This document shows positions 53,235 to 60,379 of a DNA stretch of 64,000 bases, piece by piece; position 1 is the first letter of the stretch, and each line of letters opens with the position of its first letter. Made by a program: the position numbers and the translations under genes. The stretch comes from a virus. The notes under the pieces were generated by a model. The model was not told the DNA's origin. It searched no databases and saw only the letters and a list, made by a program, of their open reading frames with translations. The DNA is taken from the IMG/VR virus record IMGVR_UViG_3300016667_000333, positions 1 to 64,000 of that record; one strand, 5' to 3'.

Positions 53235-53582
53235 TTCCTTCGGATGCGTTTCAACATACTGATGGCAATTTCTACATAGAGCCATCCACGTTTTGACGTT
53301 CAGGTAATTTTCTCCGCGCCTGTGGACATGATGAACGTCAGTTGCTCGTATAAAACACCCTGGAAGATTCAATTTGCAGTGGGGATGGTTGTTGAGGAAT
53401 ACGTCTCGAAGTGCGTAGTAGGCCTTGTCGTCTTTCTTTTTCTTCTCGCTTACCTTATTGATCTTGTTCTTTACCCCGTACTCAATCTTACACTCAATGT
53501 TCTCGCACGTTGCTTGCATTGTGCTGTATTTAGGGATAAACTCCTGCCTACAGATTCTGCACTTCTTATTCCTCGCCTTCAT
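53208..53582 (-). CDS. NinG/Rap-like recombination endonuclease
   Basis: 124 aa; N-terminal zinc-ribbon CRICRQEF..TCENIEC; C-terminal HNH-like DVHHVHRRGENY..LCRNCH. Confidence 0.55.
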   Translation of the reverse strand: MKARNKKCRICRQEFIPKYSTMQATCENIECKIEYGVKNKINKVSEKKKKDDKAYYALRDVFLNNHPHCKLNLPGCFIRATDVHHVHRRGENYLNVKTWMALCRNCHQYVETHPKESREKGWLA

Positions 53583-53590
53583 AAGCTATC

Positions 53591-53866
53591 TTATTTTGCC
53601 GCTGGCTTCCAGTCAGCCTGTTCTTTAGCCAAGTTCGCCTTGACGGTCGCCTCCAACAACGTCCCGAAGTACGTGGCTTCTCCAACGTCTTTGATGTGTT
53701 CATGGATTTGATCATAGTCTGCCTCTACTGCAAAGGTAGTGACTCCGTTGGTGCTACGCAAGACCGTGAAGTTCCAAGTTGTGTTGTCGCAATCAGGAAG
53801 CGCCATTGTGATTGTGCCACTAAAGTGTTCCACACGTTTAGATGGCTTGTCTGAAATAGTTATCAT
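53591..53866 (-). CDS. Hypothetical protein
   Basis: 91 aa from ATG 53866, which forms an ATGA overlap with the upstream stop. Confidence 0.45.
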   Translation of the reverse strand: MITISDKPSKRVEHFSGTITMALPDCDNTTWNFTVLRSTNGVTTFAVEADYDQIHEHIKDVGEATYFGTLLEATVKANLAKEQADWKPAAK

Positions 53867-54078
53867 AGCTTGATGTTGTTTTGTTCTAGTAGTCTGTAAA
53901 ATTCTTGGTATATCTCGTCGCACAGCTCCCACTTGTCGGCTGGCATCTCCTCGTACTTGACCTTGCGTCTTAGGTATTCCTTCACGTCATTGAGTGCGTG
54001 AAACATCTCCTGCGCTTTGTTGCACAGGTCATACTCGGCTTGGTCATCGGGCAGGTTGAATTCGATCGTTGCTTTCAT
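53863..54078 (-). CDS. Hypothetical protein
   Basis: 71-aa helical ORF. Confidence 0.45.
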   Translation of the reverse strand: MKATIEFNLPDDQAEYDLCNKAQEMFHALNDVKEYLRRKVKYEEMPADKWELCDEIYQEFYRLLEQNNIKL

Positions 54079-54325
54079 AGGTGTAAACTATTTTAGGTGG
54101 TGTATTTACAATCTCCCTCTTTGTTTCTGTCCCGTCGTACCAACAAAGGTTTTCTTTGGCTTCTTCCAAGGTGTCGTACAAAGTCCTCAGGCATTCATCA
54201 CCATAAAGACTTGCCTCCTTCCACTTATACCCGCCAAAGAATCGTTTCTTCTTCTGTTCGATGGTATAGAACTCACGGCCATTGGGCAGCGTGGTCTTAA
54301 TGATGCGGCATTCTATCTTACTCAT
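54044..54325 (-). CDS. Hypothetical protein (last gene of the junction-linked chain)
   Basis: 93 aa; start lies in the conserved GGAGGTGAGCAATGAGTAA junction. Confidence 0.45.
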   Translation of the reverse strand: MSKIECRIIKTTLPNGREFYTIEQKKKRFFGGYKWKEASLYGDECLRTLYDTLEEAKENLCWYDGTETKREIVNTPPKIVYTYESNDRIQPAR

Positions 54326-54555
54326 TGCTCACCTCCTTTGTATGTTTTTAAATAGTATTGTTCACCAGTAACTGTTTCTTCATTGAGGTCATAATATTTG
54401 AGTCCATGAGCATCAATAATCTGTTCACGCTCCATTGCTTTGGCTTGATGTTGCAAATGGTCAAGATTGGTTATAGACAATGGTTTATTACCATCAAAAT
54501 AACCTTGTTTGAACATTTGGTCTACCAACCAATCAACCGCTGTTTGTTTACTCAT
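54322..54555 (-). CDS. Hypothetical protein, paralog of 54707..54934
   Basis: 77 aa; shares MSKQTAV(D/E)WLV, QAKAMEREQIIDA and the C-terminal TYKGGEQ with its paralog. Confidence 0.55.
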   Translation of the reverse strand: MSKQTAVDWLVDQMFKQGYFDGNKPLSITNLDHLQHQAKAMEREQIIDAHGLKYYDLNEETVTGEQYYLKTYKGGEQ

Positions 54556-54732
54556 TGCTCACCTCCTACTTGATTCTCCCAGTACACTCCCAAGCAAACT
54601 TTCATAAAAAACCTGTGGATAAAATTAGGTTTATAGTTTAACCCTATTTTTATTGTCCTAGTTTTAGATTTTCCAAGTCTATACCATCCAACAATTGTTT
54701 CTGTTGTCATTGCTCACCTCCTTTGTATGTTT
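54323..54732 (-). repeat. Three copies of the gene-junction sequence GGAGGTGAGCAATGA
   Basis: Plus-strand cattgctcacctcct occurs at 54323..54337, 54553..54567 and 54708..54722. The first and third copies extend to an identical 25-mer, cattgctcacctcctttgtatgttt. Confidence 0.9.
54552..54710 (-). CDS. Small ORF (52 aa) below the track threshold
   Basis: Hand translation MTTETIVGWYRLGKSKTRTIKIGLNYKPNFIHRFFMKVCLGVYWENQVGGEQ. It starts and ends in ATGA overlaps within the conserved junction. It ends in GGEQ like its neighbours. Confidence 0.4.
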   Translation of the reverse strand: MTTETIVGWYRLGKSKTRTIKIGLNYKPNFIHRFFMKVCLGVYWENQVGGEQ

Positions 54733-54934
54733 GGTTGTAGTAAGTTACTGCATCAAGTTTTGTCTCGGCATTAACGTGGTATTGATATTCGGATTCTTCA
54801 CCGTCAATAAAAGCATCAATAATCTGCTCGCGCTCCATTGCTTTGGCTTGGTCAACCAATTCATCAGTATTGTTGATGAACTCACCTTTCATTAGTTTTT
54901 CTACTAACCATTCAACTGCTGTTTGTTTACTCAT
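54707..54934 (-). CDS. Hypothetical protein, paralog of 54322..54555
   Basis: 75 aa; see paralog; promoter box 15 nt upstream. Confidence 0.55.
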   Translation of the reverse strand: MSKQTAVEWLVEKLMKGEFINNTDELVDQAKAMEREQIIDAFIDGEESEYQYHVNAETKLDAVTYYNQTYKGGEQ

Positions 54935-54949
54935 TGCTGTTTGTTTTTA

Positions 54950-54957
54950 CAAATATA
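54950..54957 (-). promoter_or_regulatory. Candidate -7 promoter box (TATATTTG, minus strand) for the paralog chain
   Basis: Plus strand caaatata, 15 nt upstream of ATG 54934. Confidence 0.45.
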
Positions 54958-55023
54958 ACTTATGTGTTGTTTTAGTGCAATTATTTTTTTTGACTTCGGA
55001 GTTGTGGTCTCCATACATTTGTC

Positions 55024-55031
55024 CTGTTCTC
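55024..55031 (+). promoter_or_regulatory. Candidate -7 promoter box (TACATTTG) on the plus strand inside the early block
   Basis: Fits TAnnTTTG; no credible plus-strand ORF follows; a plus-strand terminator lies about 60 nt downstream. Confidence 0.4.
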
Positions 55032-55036
55032 ACATT

Positions 55037-55122
55037 GCAGTGGCTGGCACCAGTGCAATGGGAGAATTGGGAAATCTAATTCTCATAAAATGCCCTCGGT
55101 GCCAGACGGGGGCTTTTTTTTT
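55037..55122 (+). ncRNA. Candidate small RNA (~85 nt) bounded by promoter box and intrinsic terminator
   Basis: The predicted start lies a few nt after the 55024..55031 box. The 5' hairpin is CATTGCA(55043..55049)...TGCAATG(55064..55070) with an inner TGG/CCA. The 3' hairpin is GCCCTCG/CGGGGGC followed by T9. Confidence 0.4.
55092..55122. terminator. Intrinsic terminator, strong on plus strand, usable on minus strand
   Basis: 7-bp stem (one G-U) 55092..55098 / 55107..55113, 8-nt loop, T9 at 55114..55122. On the minus strand the same hairpin is followed by ATTTTAT and lies downstream of 55265..55666. Confidence 0.65.
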
Positions 55123-55264
55123 ACCCTTTCCTCTCCCATCCGAATCAGCCCTGTCGGTGCAATAGGCCAAACTTCATGCGAGAGTATGTTGGATCAGACA
55201 CCTGCCCCTATGTGGGGCGGAGATGTTTGTTTTTCACGGGGGGAGGCTTTTTCTTTTCTTCTCT

Positions 55265-55666
55265 TTAGGTTTCTTCTTGACTTGTTTCTTTTCTCTGTCT
55301 TTTCTTTTGGGTGAACCCCACAAGCCAGATGTGAAACGCAATCGGTACGACTACACAGAAGATTACCGAAGCCGTCGTGTAGTCTATCCCTATTGGATAG
55401 AACGCGCACAGGAGCAGTTGGCATAAGAGAAACAAGCCGTTGCAGTTGTTTTCAAACGTGCCGGCTATTCCAAACGCCAGCAGCAGGAAGACTAGGTGTG
55501 CCGCCTTGAGGTAGTGGAAGTTAAACGCCTTGTCTATCATGTATGCCCACACCATGGGTATGGCGATGATGTACACGATTATGTTCATCTCCTTGTATGT
55601 AACCCCGAAAATTTCTGCCCAGTCTCGCAGGGTTGTTGCCACAAATTCAAATGTTGTATGTATCAT
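55265..55666 (-). CDS. Multi-pass membrane protein
   Basis: 133 aa with about 4 hydrophobic segments and a basic tail QKKRQRKETSQEET. Confidence 0.5.
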   Translation of the reverse strand: MIHTTFEFVATTLRDWAEIFGVTYKEMNIIVYIIAIPMVWAYMIDKAFNFHYLKAAHLVFLLLAFGIAGTFENNCNGLFLLCQLLLCAFYPIGIDYTTASVIFCVVVPIAFHIWLVGFTQKKRQRKETSQEET

Positions 55667-56097
55667 GTTATTTCTAGTTGTTCGTTTGGGTCTGGTATGT
55701 AAATGTCTAGCGTCTCGGCAGCGAACTGCTTGACGTGTTCTAGGTACTCTATAAACTCGCCCGTGGCCAGCTCAGAAGTCTTGCGCGGTATGCGCATCAC
55801 CTCTCCGGTGCTCGGGTCTGTCAGCTCAGAGAAAAGGAAACGTCCCTTTAGGAACTCGTGTGTCAAGTCCCTGTCCACGTCGTGCCCTAGCTCTTTTAGC
55901 CTGTCTGCAATCATGGCCACGACCACGCCCCAGTAGTACGCGTTCTGCACGTCTGACCGGAAGCGTTTCTTTGGCTTGACCTCGATGGTCACGGCCAAGT
56001 CCTTGTCACGGGACATGGCTCTGACCTCCTCTTCAAAGAGGGGGCGGTTGTATATCCGCAACGCCCCCTGTGGTGTGATTACTGCATTGTGTTTCAT
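55663..56097 (-). CDS. NinB/Orf-like recombination-associated protein (weak)
   Basis: 144 aa from ATG 56097 (ATGA overlap). RSDVQNAYYWGVVVAMIADRLKELG ... KTSELATGEFIEYLEHVKQFAAETLDIYIPDP follows the RS..QN..yW pattern of NinB-type phage proteins. Confidence 0.4.
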   Translation of the reverse strand: MKHNAVITPQGALRIYNRPLFEEEVRAMSRDKDLAVTIEVKPKKRFRSDVQNAYYWGVVVAMIADRLKELGHDVDRDLTHEFLKGRFLFSELTDPSTGEVMRIPRKTSELATGEFIEYLEHVKQFAAETLDIYIPDPNEQLEIT

Positions 56098-56321
56098 TCT
56101 ACCCTCCATACCCGTACGCCTGTGACATACGTCTTGGTGTAAAAGTTATACTTCTTGTGCTTCTTCTTGAAGTACCAAGCGGCGCTCACTATCGTAGCCC
56201 GCGTACGTTTGGGGTCCTTCAAGTCTTTTACGAAGAATGAGTCTCCGACATCCATGGCCTTGAACGGATAGATGCCTCTGTGCGATTTAGGGATCGGCAC
56301 ACCCTTTTCTACTTTAATCAT
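56094..56321 (-). CDS. Hypothetical protein
   Basis: 75 aa; GVPIPKSHRGIYPFKAMDVGDSFFV is a motif recurrent in small phage proteins of unknown function. Confidence 0.45.
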   Translation of the reverse strand: MIKVEKGVPIPKSHRGIYPFKAMDVGDSFFVKDLKDPKRTRATIVSAAWYFKKKHKKYNFYTKTYVTGVRVWRVE

Positions 56322-56629
56322 AGCTTTGATGTTATTATCTGCTGTGTCTTGTTAAACATCTCTCTGAACTCTTGCTCGGTTGTGTCTTCTACATCCTTGT
56401 TGTTGTAGAAACTCTCGATAAACTCTCCAACCTCTTCTGCCGACTCAAGCCGTTTGATGTAGATGCTGATGTAGTTGCCGTCGGTGCAGTAAGGGTGGAT
56501 GACCGTGAAGTCCTCCATTATTGCGTAGTAGTGGTCAAAGGAATAGCGCTTCTCTTTGAAGTAGTAAGGGAGCTTAACCTCAGTTGTCTCGACCGTTACA
56601 GGGATTCTGTGTTGTACTTGGATAATCAT
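56318..56629 (-). CDS. Hypothetical protein
   Basis: 103-aa ORF, ATGA-coupled. Confidence 0.45.
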   Translation of the reverse strand: MIIQVQHRIPVTVETTEVKLPYYFKEKRYSFDHYYAIMEDFTVIHPYCTDGNYISIYIKRLESAEEVGEFIESFYNNKDVEDTTEQEFREMFNKTQQIITSKL

Positions 56630-56943
56630 TTGGTTGGTGTATTAAAATAATTGTTTGTTACTAAATAATCGTACAGGTCATCAAGTGTCTGGCATATTTC
56701 CTTGCCGTTGTCGTGAGCCTTCATGTAGTCTCTCAGTTCGTATAGGTACGCTTTCTCGTACATAAACCAAGAGAACCAGTCGTATCCTTCCTTGGTTAGG
56801 ATGACGTTCCATAGGTGTTGGATTACCCACGCATCGTCGTCCATGAATTCGGTCAGGTCTATGTTGAGCTTGTATACTGCCTGTATCCTGTCGGTTGATA
56901 TCTTCATTCGCTCGCAGGTCTCTATGAATGCGTCTCGTGTCAT
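56626..56943 (-). CDS. Hypothetical protein
   Basis: 105-aa ORF, ATGA-coupled. Confidence 0.45.
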   Translation of the reverse strand: MTRDAFIETCERMKISTDRIQAVYKLNIDLTEFMDDDAWVIQHLWNVILTKEGYDWFSWFMYEKAYLYELRDYMKAHDNGKEICQTLDDLYDYLVTNNYFNTPTK

Positions 56944-57935
56944 GCTTCTTCCTCCTCTTCGGTTACGCCAAACTTCTTGGCCTGTTCTACTATCTGATTG
57001 AAGTTGTAGCCAGCGTCCTCAATCTCTTTGCGCACCTCCTCGTTCTTCTTGGTGATGTTCTCACCCTTGGCATAGCGTGCAATCACACGGGTCCAACGTG
57101 CGACCTGTGACTTGACCGAATCGGCGTAGTCGCGTGGCTCGTCGAAGTCGTACAGGAACTTGAGGTAGTTGCTGTACTCGATGCCGAAGTTCTTCTTGAA
57201 CTTGCCGTCCTCAACCACGATATGCTTCTCAAGCGGCGGGCGTGTGTTGGACGAGAAGTAGTGCGTGATGCCTGCAAGGTCAGCGAGGTACTCCTGTTCG
57301 AGGTCAGCCGACGGCTCGTACTGGAAGCACATCATGCGCAGGTCGTCCTTGCATATATACACGAGCTCACCATTCAGTCCGAGTCCCTTCATGTAGTGGA
57401 ATAGCTGAAGTCTGTGGTGCTTGATAGGCTTCTCGGTCTTCTCCATCATGTCCATGACGAACGATGAGCATGACTTAATCTCTAGGACTTTCTTCTCTAG
57501 TTCCTTGTCACCGAACTTCTCGTACAACTTCTCTGCAATGTACAGGGAGGATGCTTGGATAGACTCCGGAAGATGAGACGAGGTGATGTCCTGCTTTGCC
57601 CGCTCGATGTCAATCTTGCCGCCCGCTAGGAAGTCAAGACGTCCCGACACCTTGAGCATGTTTGGGTACTCGACCATTACCCTCTCTTGGGTATTGTTAA
57701 TGAGTCCTGCACGTTCGAGAACGTAGCGCACTACCCACTCGACAAGGTTACCTGCCTCGAACTTGCGCAGGCTTCTCATGTTAGGGGGGTTGGTAGGCGT
57801 GACCGCCTTCATCTTCAGATACCGGTCAACGAGTGGCTGACCGATTTCTGACGCGTAACAATAGTCGCGTGGCTCGAGGGCACGCTGTTGGGAATAAACG
57901 CATTCATTCCATAGCTGTTGGAGGTTCCAATTCAT
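56940..57935 (-). CDS. PD-(D/E)xK exonuclease (RecB/Cas4/YqaJ-like)
   Basis: 331 aa; SGRLDFLAGG (Asp), VLEIKSCS (E-x-K), HHRLQLFHYM (Q..Y); acidic C-terminal tail. Confidence 0.6.
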   Translation of the reverse strand: MNWNLQQLWNECVYSQQRALEPRDYCYASEIGQPLVDRYLKMKAVTPTNPPNMRSLRKFEAGNLVEWVVRYVLERAGLINNTQERVMVEYPNMLKVSGRLDFLAGGKIDIERAKQDITSSHLPESIQASSLYIAEKLYEKFGDKELEKKVLEIKSCSSFVMDMMEKTEKPIKHHRLQLFHYMKGLGLNGELVYICKDDLRMMCFQYEPSADLEQEYLADLAGITHYFSSNTRPPLEKHIVVEDGKFKKNFGIEYSNYLKFLYDFDEPRDYADSVKSQVARWTRVIARYAKGENITKKNEEVRKEIEDAGYNFNQIVEQAKKFGVTEEEEEA

Positions 57936-57948
57936 GTTGCTTGTTGTA

Positions 57949-58155
57949 TTAGATTTCTGATTTGTGGCGTTGGATGTCGAAGAATGTCTGTCTGATTTGG
58001 GGCGGGATGTTGCTCAGTTTCTTACCGCGCGACTTGTAGTCTGCCGTGCCCCTGCCGATGTACTTAATAGTCTTACCGGTGTCGCTGATTGCATAAATGT
58101 CACGCGATGTGGTGACCATTTCGTAGCCGTCTTTTAGTTTAAATAGTGTTGTCAT
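57949..58155 (-). CDS. Hypothetical protein
   Basis: 68-aa ORF with a promoter box 8 nt upstream. Confidence 0.45.
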   Translation of the reverse strand: MTTLFKLKDGYEMVTTSRDIYAISDTGKTIKYIGRGTADYKSRGKKLSNIPPQIRQTFFDIQRHKSEI

Positions 58156-58163
58156 TGCTTTTA

Positions 58164-58171
58164 CAAATATA
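58164..58171 (-). promoter_or_regulatory. Candidate -7 promoter box (TATATTTG, minus strand)
   Basis: Plus strand caaatata, 8 nt upstream of ATG 58155. Confidence 0.4.
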
Positions 58172-58203
58172 GTGCAACGCGTTGACTGCGCTGCTGTTTC
58201 TTG

Positions 58204-58524
58204 TTAATTAAGATTAATTAGTTCTTCTTGTAGCACCTCGGCGAGCACTTCCCGCAGGTCTTCCTCCTGCGATCGTGAGAGCAGCCTCCGGAACAGGCGG
58301 GCGTCTACCCACCATATCTTGTCGGTCTTCTCGTCGCTCATTAGGCACACAGGACACTTGGTGAATGGCCTGTCGGATGTCAAACCTATGTCAACAAGGA
58401 TGATGCATCCACAGCCGTTCCTTTGCAGGCTTACGGCCGTGAACACGTCTCCCTTCTTGAACACGCCCTGTGAGTGGTCTCTTATAGCGACGATGTCGTC
58501 GCCTGCCCTGTAGTCTAGTATCAT
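58204..58524 (-). CDS. Hypothetical protein with CxxC pairs
   Basis: 106 aa from ATG 58524 (track ORF starts at GTG 58548); NGCGC and CPVC motifs. Confidence 0.4.
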   Translation of the reverse strand: MILDYRAGDDIVAIRDHSQGVFKKGDVFTAVSLQRNGCGCIILVDIGLTSDRPFTKCPVCLMSDEKTDKIWWVDARLFRRLLSRSQEEDLREVLAEVLQEELINLN

Positions 58525-58572
58525 TTGCTTACGTCTTTTAAGAGCCACATCATGAGGTTAAACACTAGGTTG

Positions 58573-58941
58573 TCAATTGCCCTTTTCATCTTCCATGATT
58601 TTGTCTAGTAGTTGACGGGCTGACTCGTACTGCTGCATGAACTCCTCGCGGCTGATGTATTCGAACCTTGTGTAGTTCTCGCGAACCCTGTGTATGGTGT
58701 CGTCGAACTCGTGCTGTGTGGCCTCGAACTCGTCCACGTTTATGCTCGGCAGTTGCAGCCAATTGTCCACGCGTATGTCGTAGCCGCCCTTGGTGAGCAT
58801 GCCGTAGCTCCAAAACTTGCCCCCGATACCGGAGTACTTGAAGTAGGCGTTCTCTTTGATTTCGTCCGTGGGCTGCTCGGTGTAGTGCCCGTCGTCGTCG
58901 GGGTTTGATAGCTTCCAGCTGTCGTAGTTATGGTAAATCAT
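58573..58941 (-). CDS. Hypothetical protein
   Basis: 122-aa ORF. Confidence 0.45.
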   Translation of the reverse strand: MIYHNYDSWKLSNPDDDGHYTEQPTDEIKENAYFKYSGIGGKFWSYGMLTKGGYDIRVDNWLQLPSINVDEFEATQHEFDDTIHRVRENYTRFEYISREEFMQQYESARQLLDKIMEDEKGN

Positions 58942-59182
58942 TGTCGTTGTTGTTTTCGGTTGGGAATAGCTTGTCTAGTACCTGTGTGAGGATTTGAATC
59001 TTGAACTTCTCGTCGGAAATCAGTTGGTGCAGGGCCTCTTCGCTCGCCTCGTACACGTTGCTGTTGCGTAGCTGCTCTTCGTACAGCATCACGGCCCTCC
59101 ATGCGAGCATGATGTCGTTCTGAATGTCGTTGACTGCCTTCTCTAGGTTTACTAGCATTGGGTGTTGCTTAATCGTTGTCAT
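58928..59182 (-). CDS. Hypothetical protein
   Basis: 84-aa helical ORF. Confidence 0.45.
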   Translation of the reverse strand: MTTIKQHPMLVNLEKAVNDIQNDIMLAWRAVMLYEEQLRNSNVYEASEEALHQLISDEKFKIQILTQVLDKLFPTENNNDNDLP

Positions 59183-59194
59183 CTTTGTATGGAT

Positions 59195-59440
59195 TTAAAA
59201 GGGTTGGTATTGCGTGTCGTCGCTGTCGTCATCGTCGACTGACAGCTCTATCATGAAGTCGTAGCCGTGGCCGCCTCCGTAATATGTGCCCTCCATGGGG
59301 TCTTCCTTTACCTCGTACGAGCGCTCGTCGCACATCTCGTTAAACAGGGTGTAGGCTCGCGTGTAGCCGCTGATTTCCTTGTCGTAGACCACCTCTCCCG
59401 ATGTCATACGTGTCATCTTGATTCTATACATTGTGTTCAT
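59195..59440 (-). CDS. Small acidic protein ending in an SSB-tip-like tail
   Basis: 81 aa from ATG 59440 (CA-rich leader); C-terminus VDDDDSDDTQYQPF. Confidence 0.45.
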   Translation of the reverse strand: MNTMYRIKMTRMTSGEVVYDKEISGYTRAYTLFNEMCDERSYEVKEDPMEGTYYGGGHGYDFMIELSVDDDDSDDTQYQPF

Positions 59441-59457
59441 GTTGTCGTTGTTTAAAT

Positions 59458-59492
59458 GCGGGGGCAATATACATGCCGCACGTTGCCCCCGC
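59458..59492 (-). other. Perfect 10-bp hairpin between early genes
   Basis: GCGGGGGCAA / TTGCCCCCGC with 15-nt loop; weak U-tract (ATTTAAA) on the minus strand. Confidence 0.45.
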
Positions 59493-59505
59493 TTGTTAAT
59501 GGGTG

Positions 59506-59691
59506 TTAATATGCCCAACCGCATTGACGGCTCGGGGCGTTGGTCCAATTCTCCGGTGTCTTGATTGGCGCTCGGCTTTTGTATGAGCCGCGATGAGTTG
59601 TGCATGAGGTGAGCATCATTACAGCCACCGCGATTACGACGAGCACCGCCATGATGTTGTCGTACCTTCTGAGTTTTTCTTGTCTGTCCAT
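59506..59691 (-). CDS. Small lipoprotein candidate
   Basis: 61 aa; hydrophobic AVLVVIAVAVMMLTSC with lipobox-like LTSC (Cys30); short P/K-rich mature part with a second Cys. Confidence 0.4.
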   Translation of the reverse strand: MDRQEKLRRYDNIMAVLVVIAVAVMMLTSCTTHRGSYKSRAPIKTPENWTNAPSRQCGWAY

Positions 59692-59700
59692 GTTGTTGTG

Positions 59701-59934
59701 TTATTGTGCTAGTTCATATTGAGTGCTGCGATTACCCTTGGGCTTGTACACGGGTAGCTTTGTGTTGAAGAATTCTTGGATGTTATACACGCTCATCCAT
59801 TGAACTCTTTCGTAATAGCCCCGTGTGCTCTTTACGTGTAGCGTCCACATGTTTTCGCTTGACCAATCGCTTGTGTCCTTTACTGCCTTGAGGTTGCCTT
59901 CGATAACCTCGAATGGTTTGATTCCGTTGTTCAT
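59701..59934 (-). CDS. Hypothetical protein
   Basis: 77-aa ORF with CA-rich leader. Confidence 0.45.
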   Translation of the reverse strand: MNNGIKPFEVIEGNLKAVKDTSDWSSENMWTLHVKSTRGYYERVQWMSVYNIQEFFNTKLPVYKPKGNRSTQYELAQ

Positions 59935-59946
59935 GTTGTTGTGTTG

Positions 59947-60177
59947 TTATTTTAAGAAGTCGTTGTATTGAAATGTTCCCGTCTTGATATACTGCATGGC
60001 CTCGGCCTCGTATGCGTACTCGATTGTTGTGTCGGGCAGGAAGATAGTGTACATGGCCCTGCCCGTGTCCTCGTCTTCACCCTCGTAAACGATTGTGCCG
60101 TCGTCCTGCATCTCTTTGAAGCGCGTCTCGGCGCAGTGCTGTGCGACTAGAGCAGCCGCGAAGAATAGTACTTTCAT
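59947..60177 (-). CDS. Hypothetical protein, possible signal peptide
   Basis: 76 aa; MKVLFFAAALVAQHCAE; long CA-repeat leader. Confidence 0.45.
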   Translation of the reverse strand: MKVLFFAAALVAQHCAETRFKEMQDDGTIVYEGEDEDTGRAMYTIFLPDTTIEYAYEAEAMQYIKTGTFQYNDFLK

Positions 60178-60201
60178 GTTGTTGTGTGTGTTGTGTTGTG
60201 T

Positions 60202-60378
60202 TTAGATATTATTTTCGATGTCGGTAACGATTGATTTCAGATCGGTGTCGTCCATCCATTGCTCGATTTGGTGCAGCAGCCCCTCCGCTCCTAGCTGCTG
60301 AAGCAGGGCGTTGTACCGCTTGGCTAATTCTGGGTCATGGCTAACCTTGCCTGTGATGCCCATGTACTCTTGGTTCAT
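60202..60378 (-). CDS. Small ORF (58 aa) below the track threshold
   Basis: Hand translation MNQEYMGITGKVSHDPELAKRYNALLQQLGAEGLLHQIEQWMDDTDLKSIVTDIENNI; fills an otherwise empty gap; TAACATG junction with the upstream ORF. Confidence 0.35.
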   Translation of the reverse strand: MNQEYMGITGKVSHDPELAKRYNALLQQLGAEGLLHQIEQWMDDTDLKSIVTDIENNI

Positions 60379-60379
60379 G

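Noticed and set aside
54614-54622. Perfect DnaA box TTATCCACA (minus strand) as an origin marker
   Set aside because: It is a single copy inside a coding region. About 0.5 occurrences are expected by chance on both strands of 64 kb, and there is no cluster.
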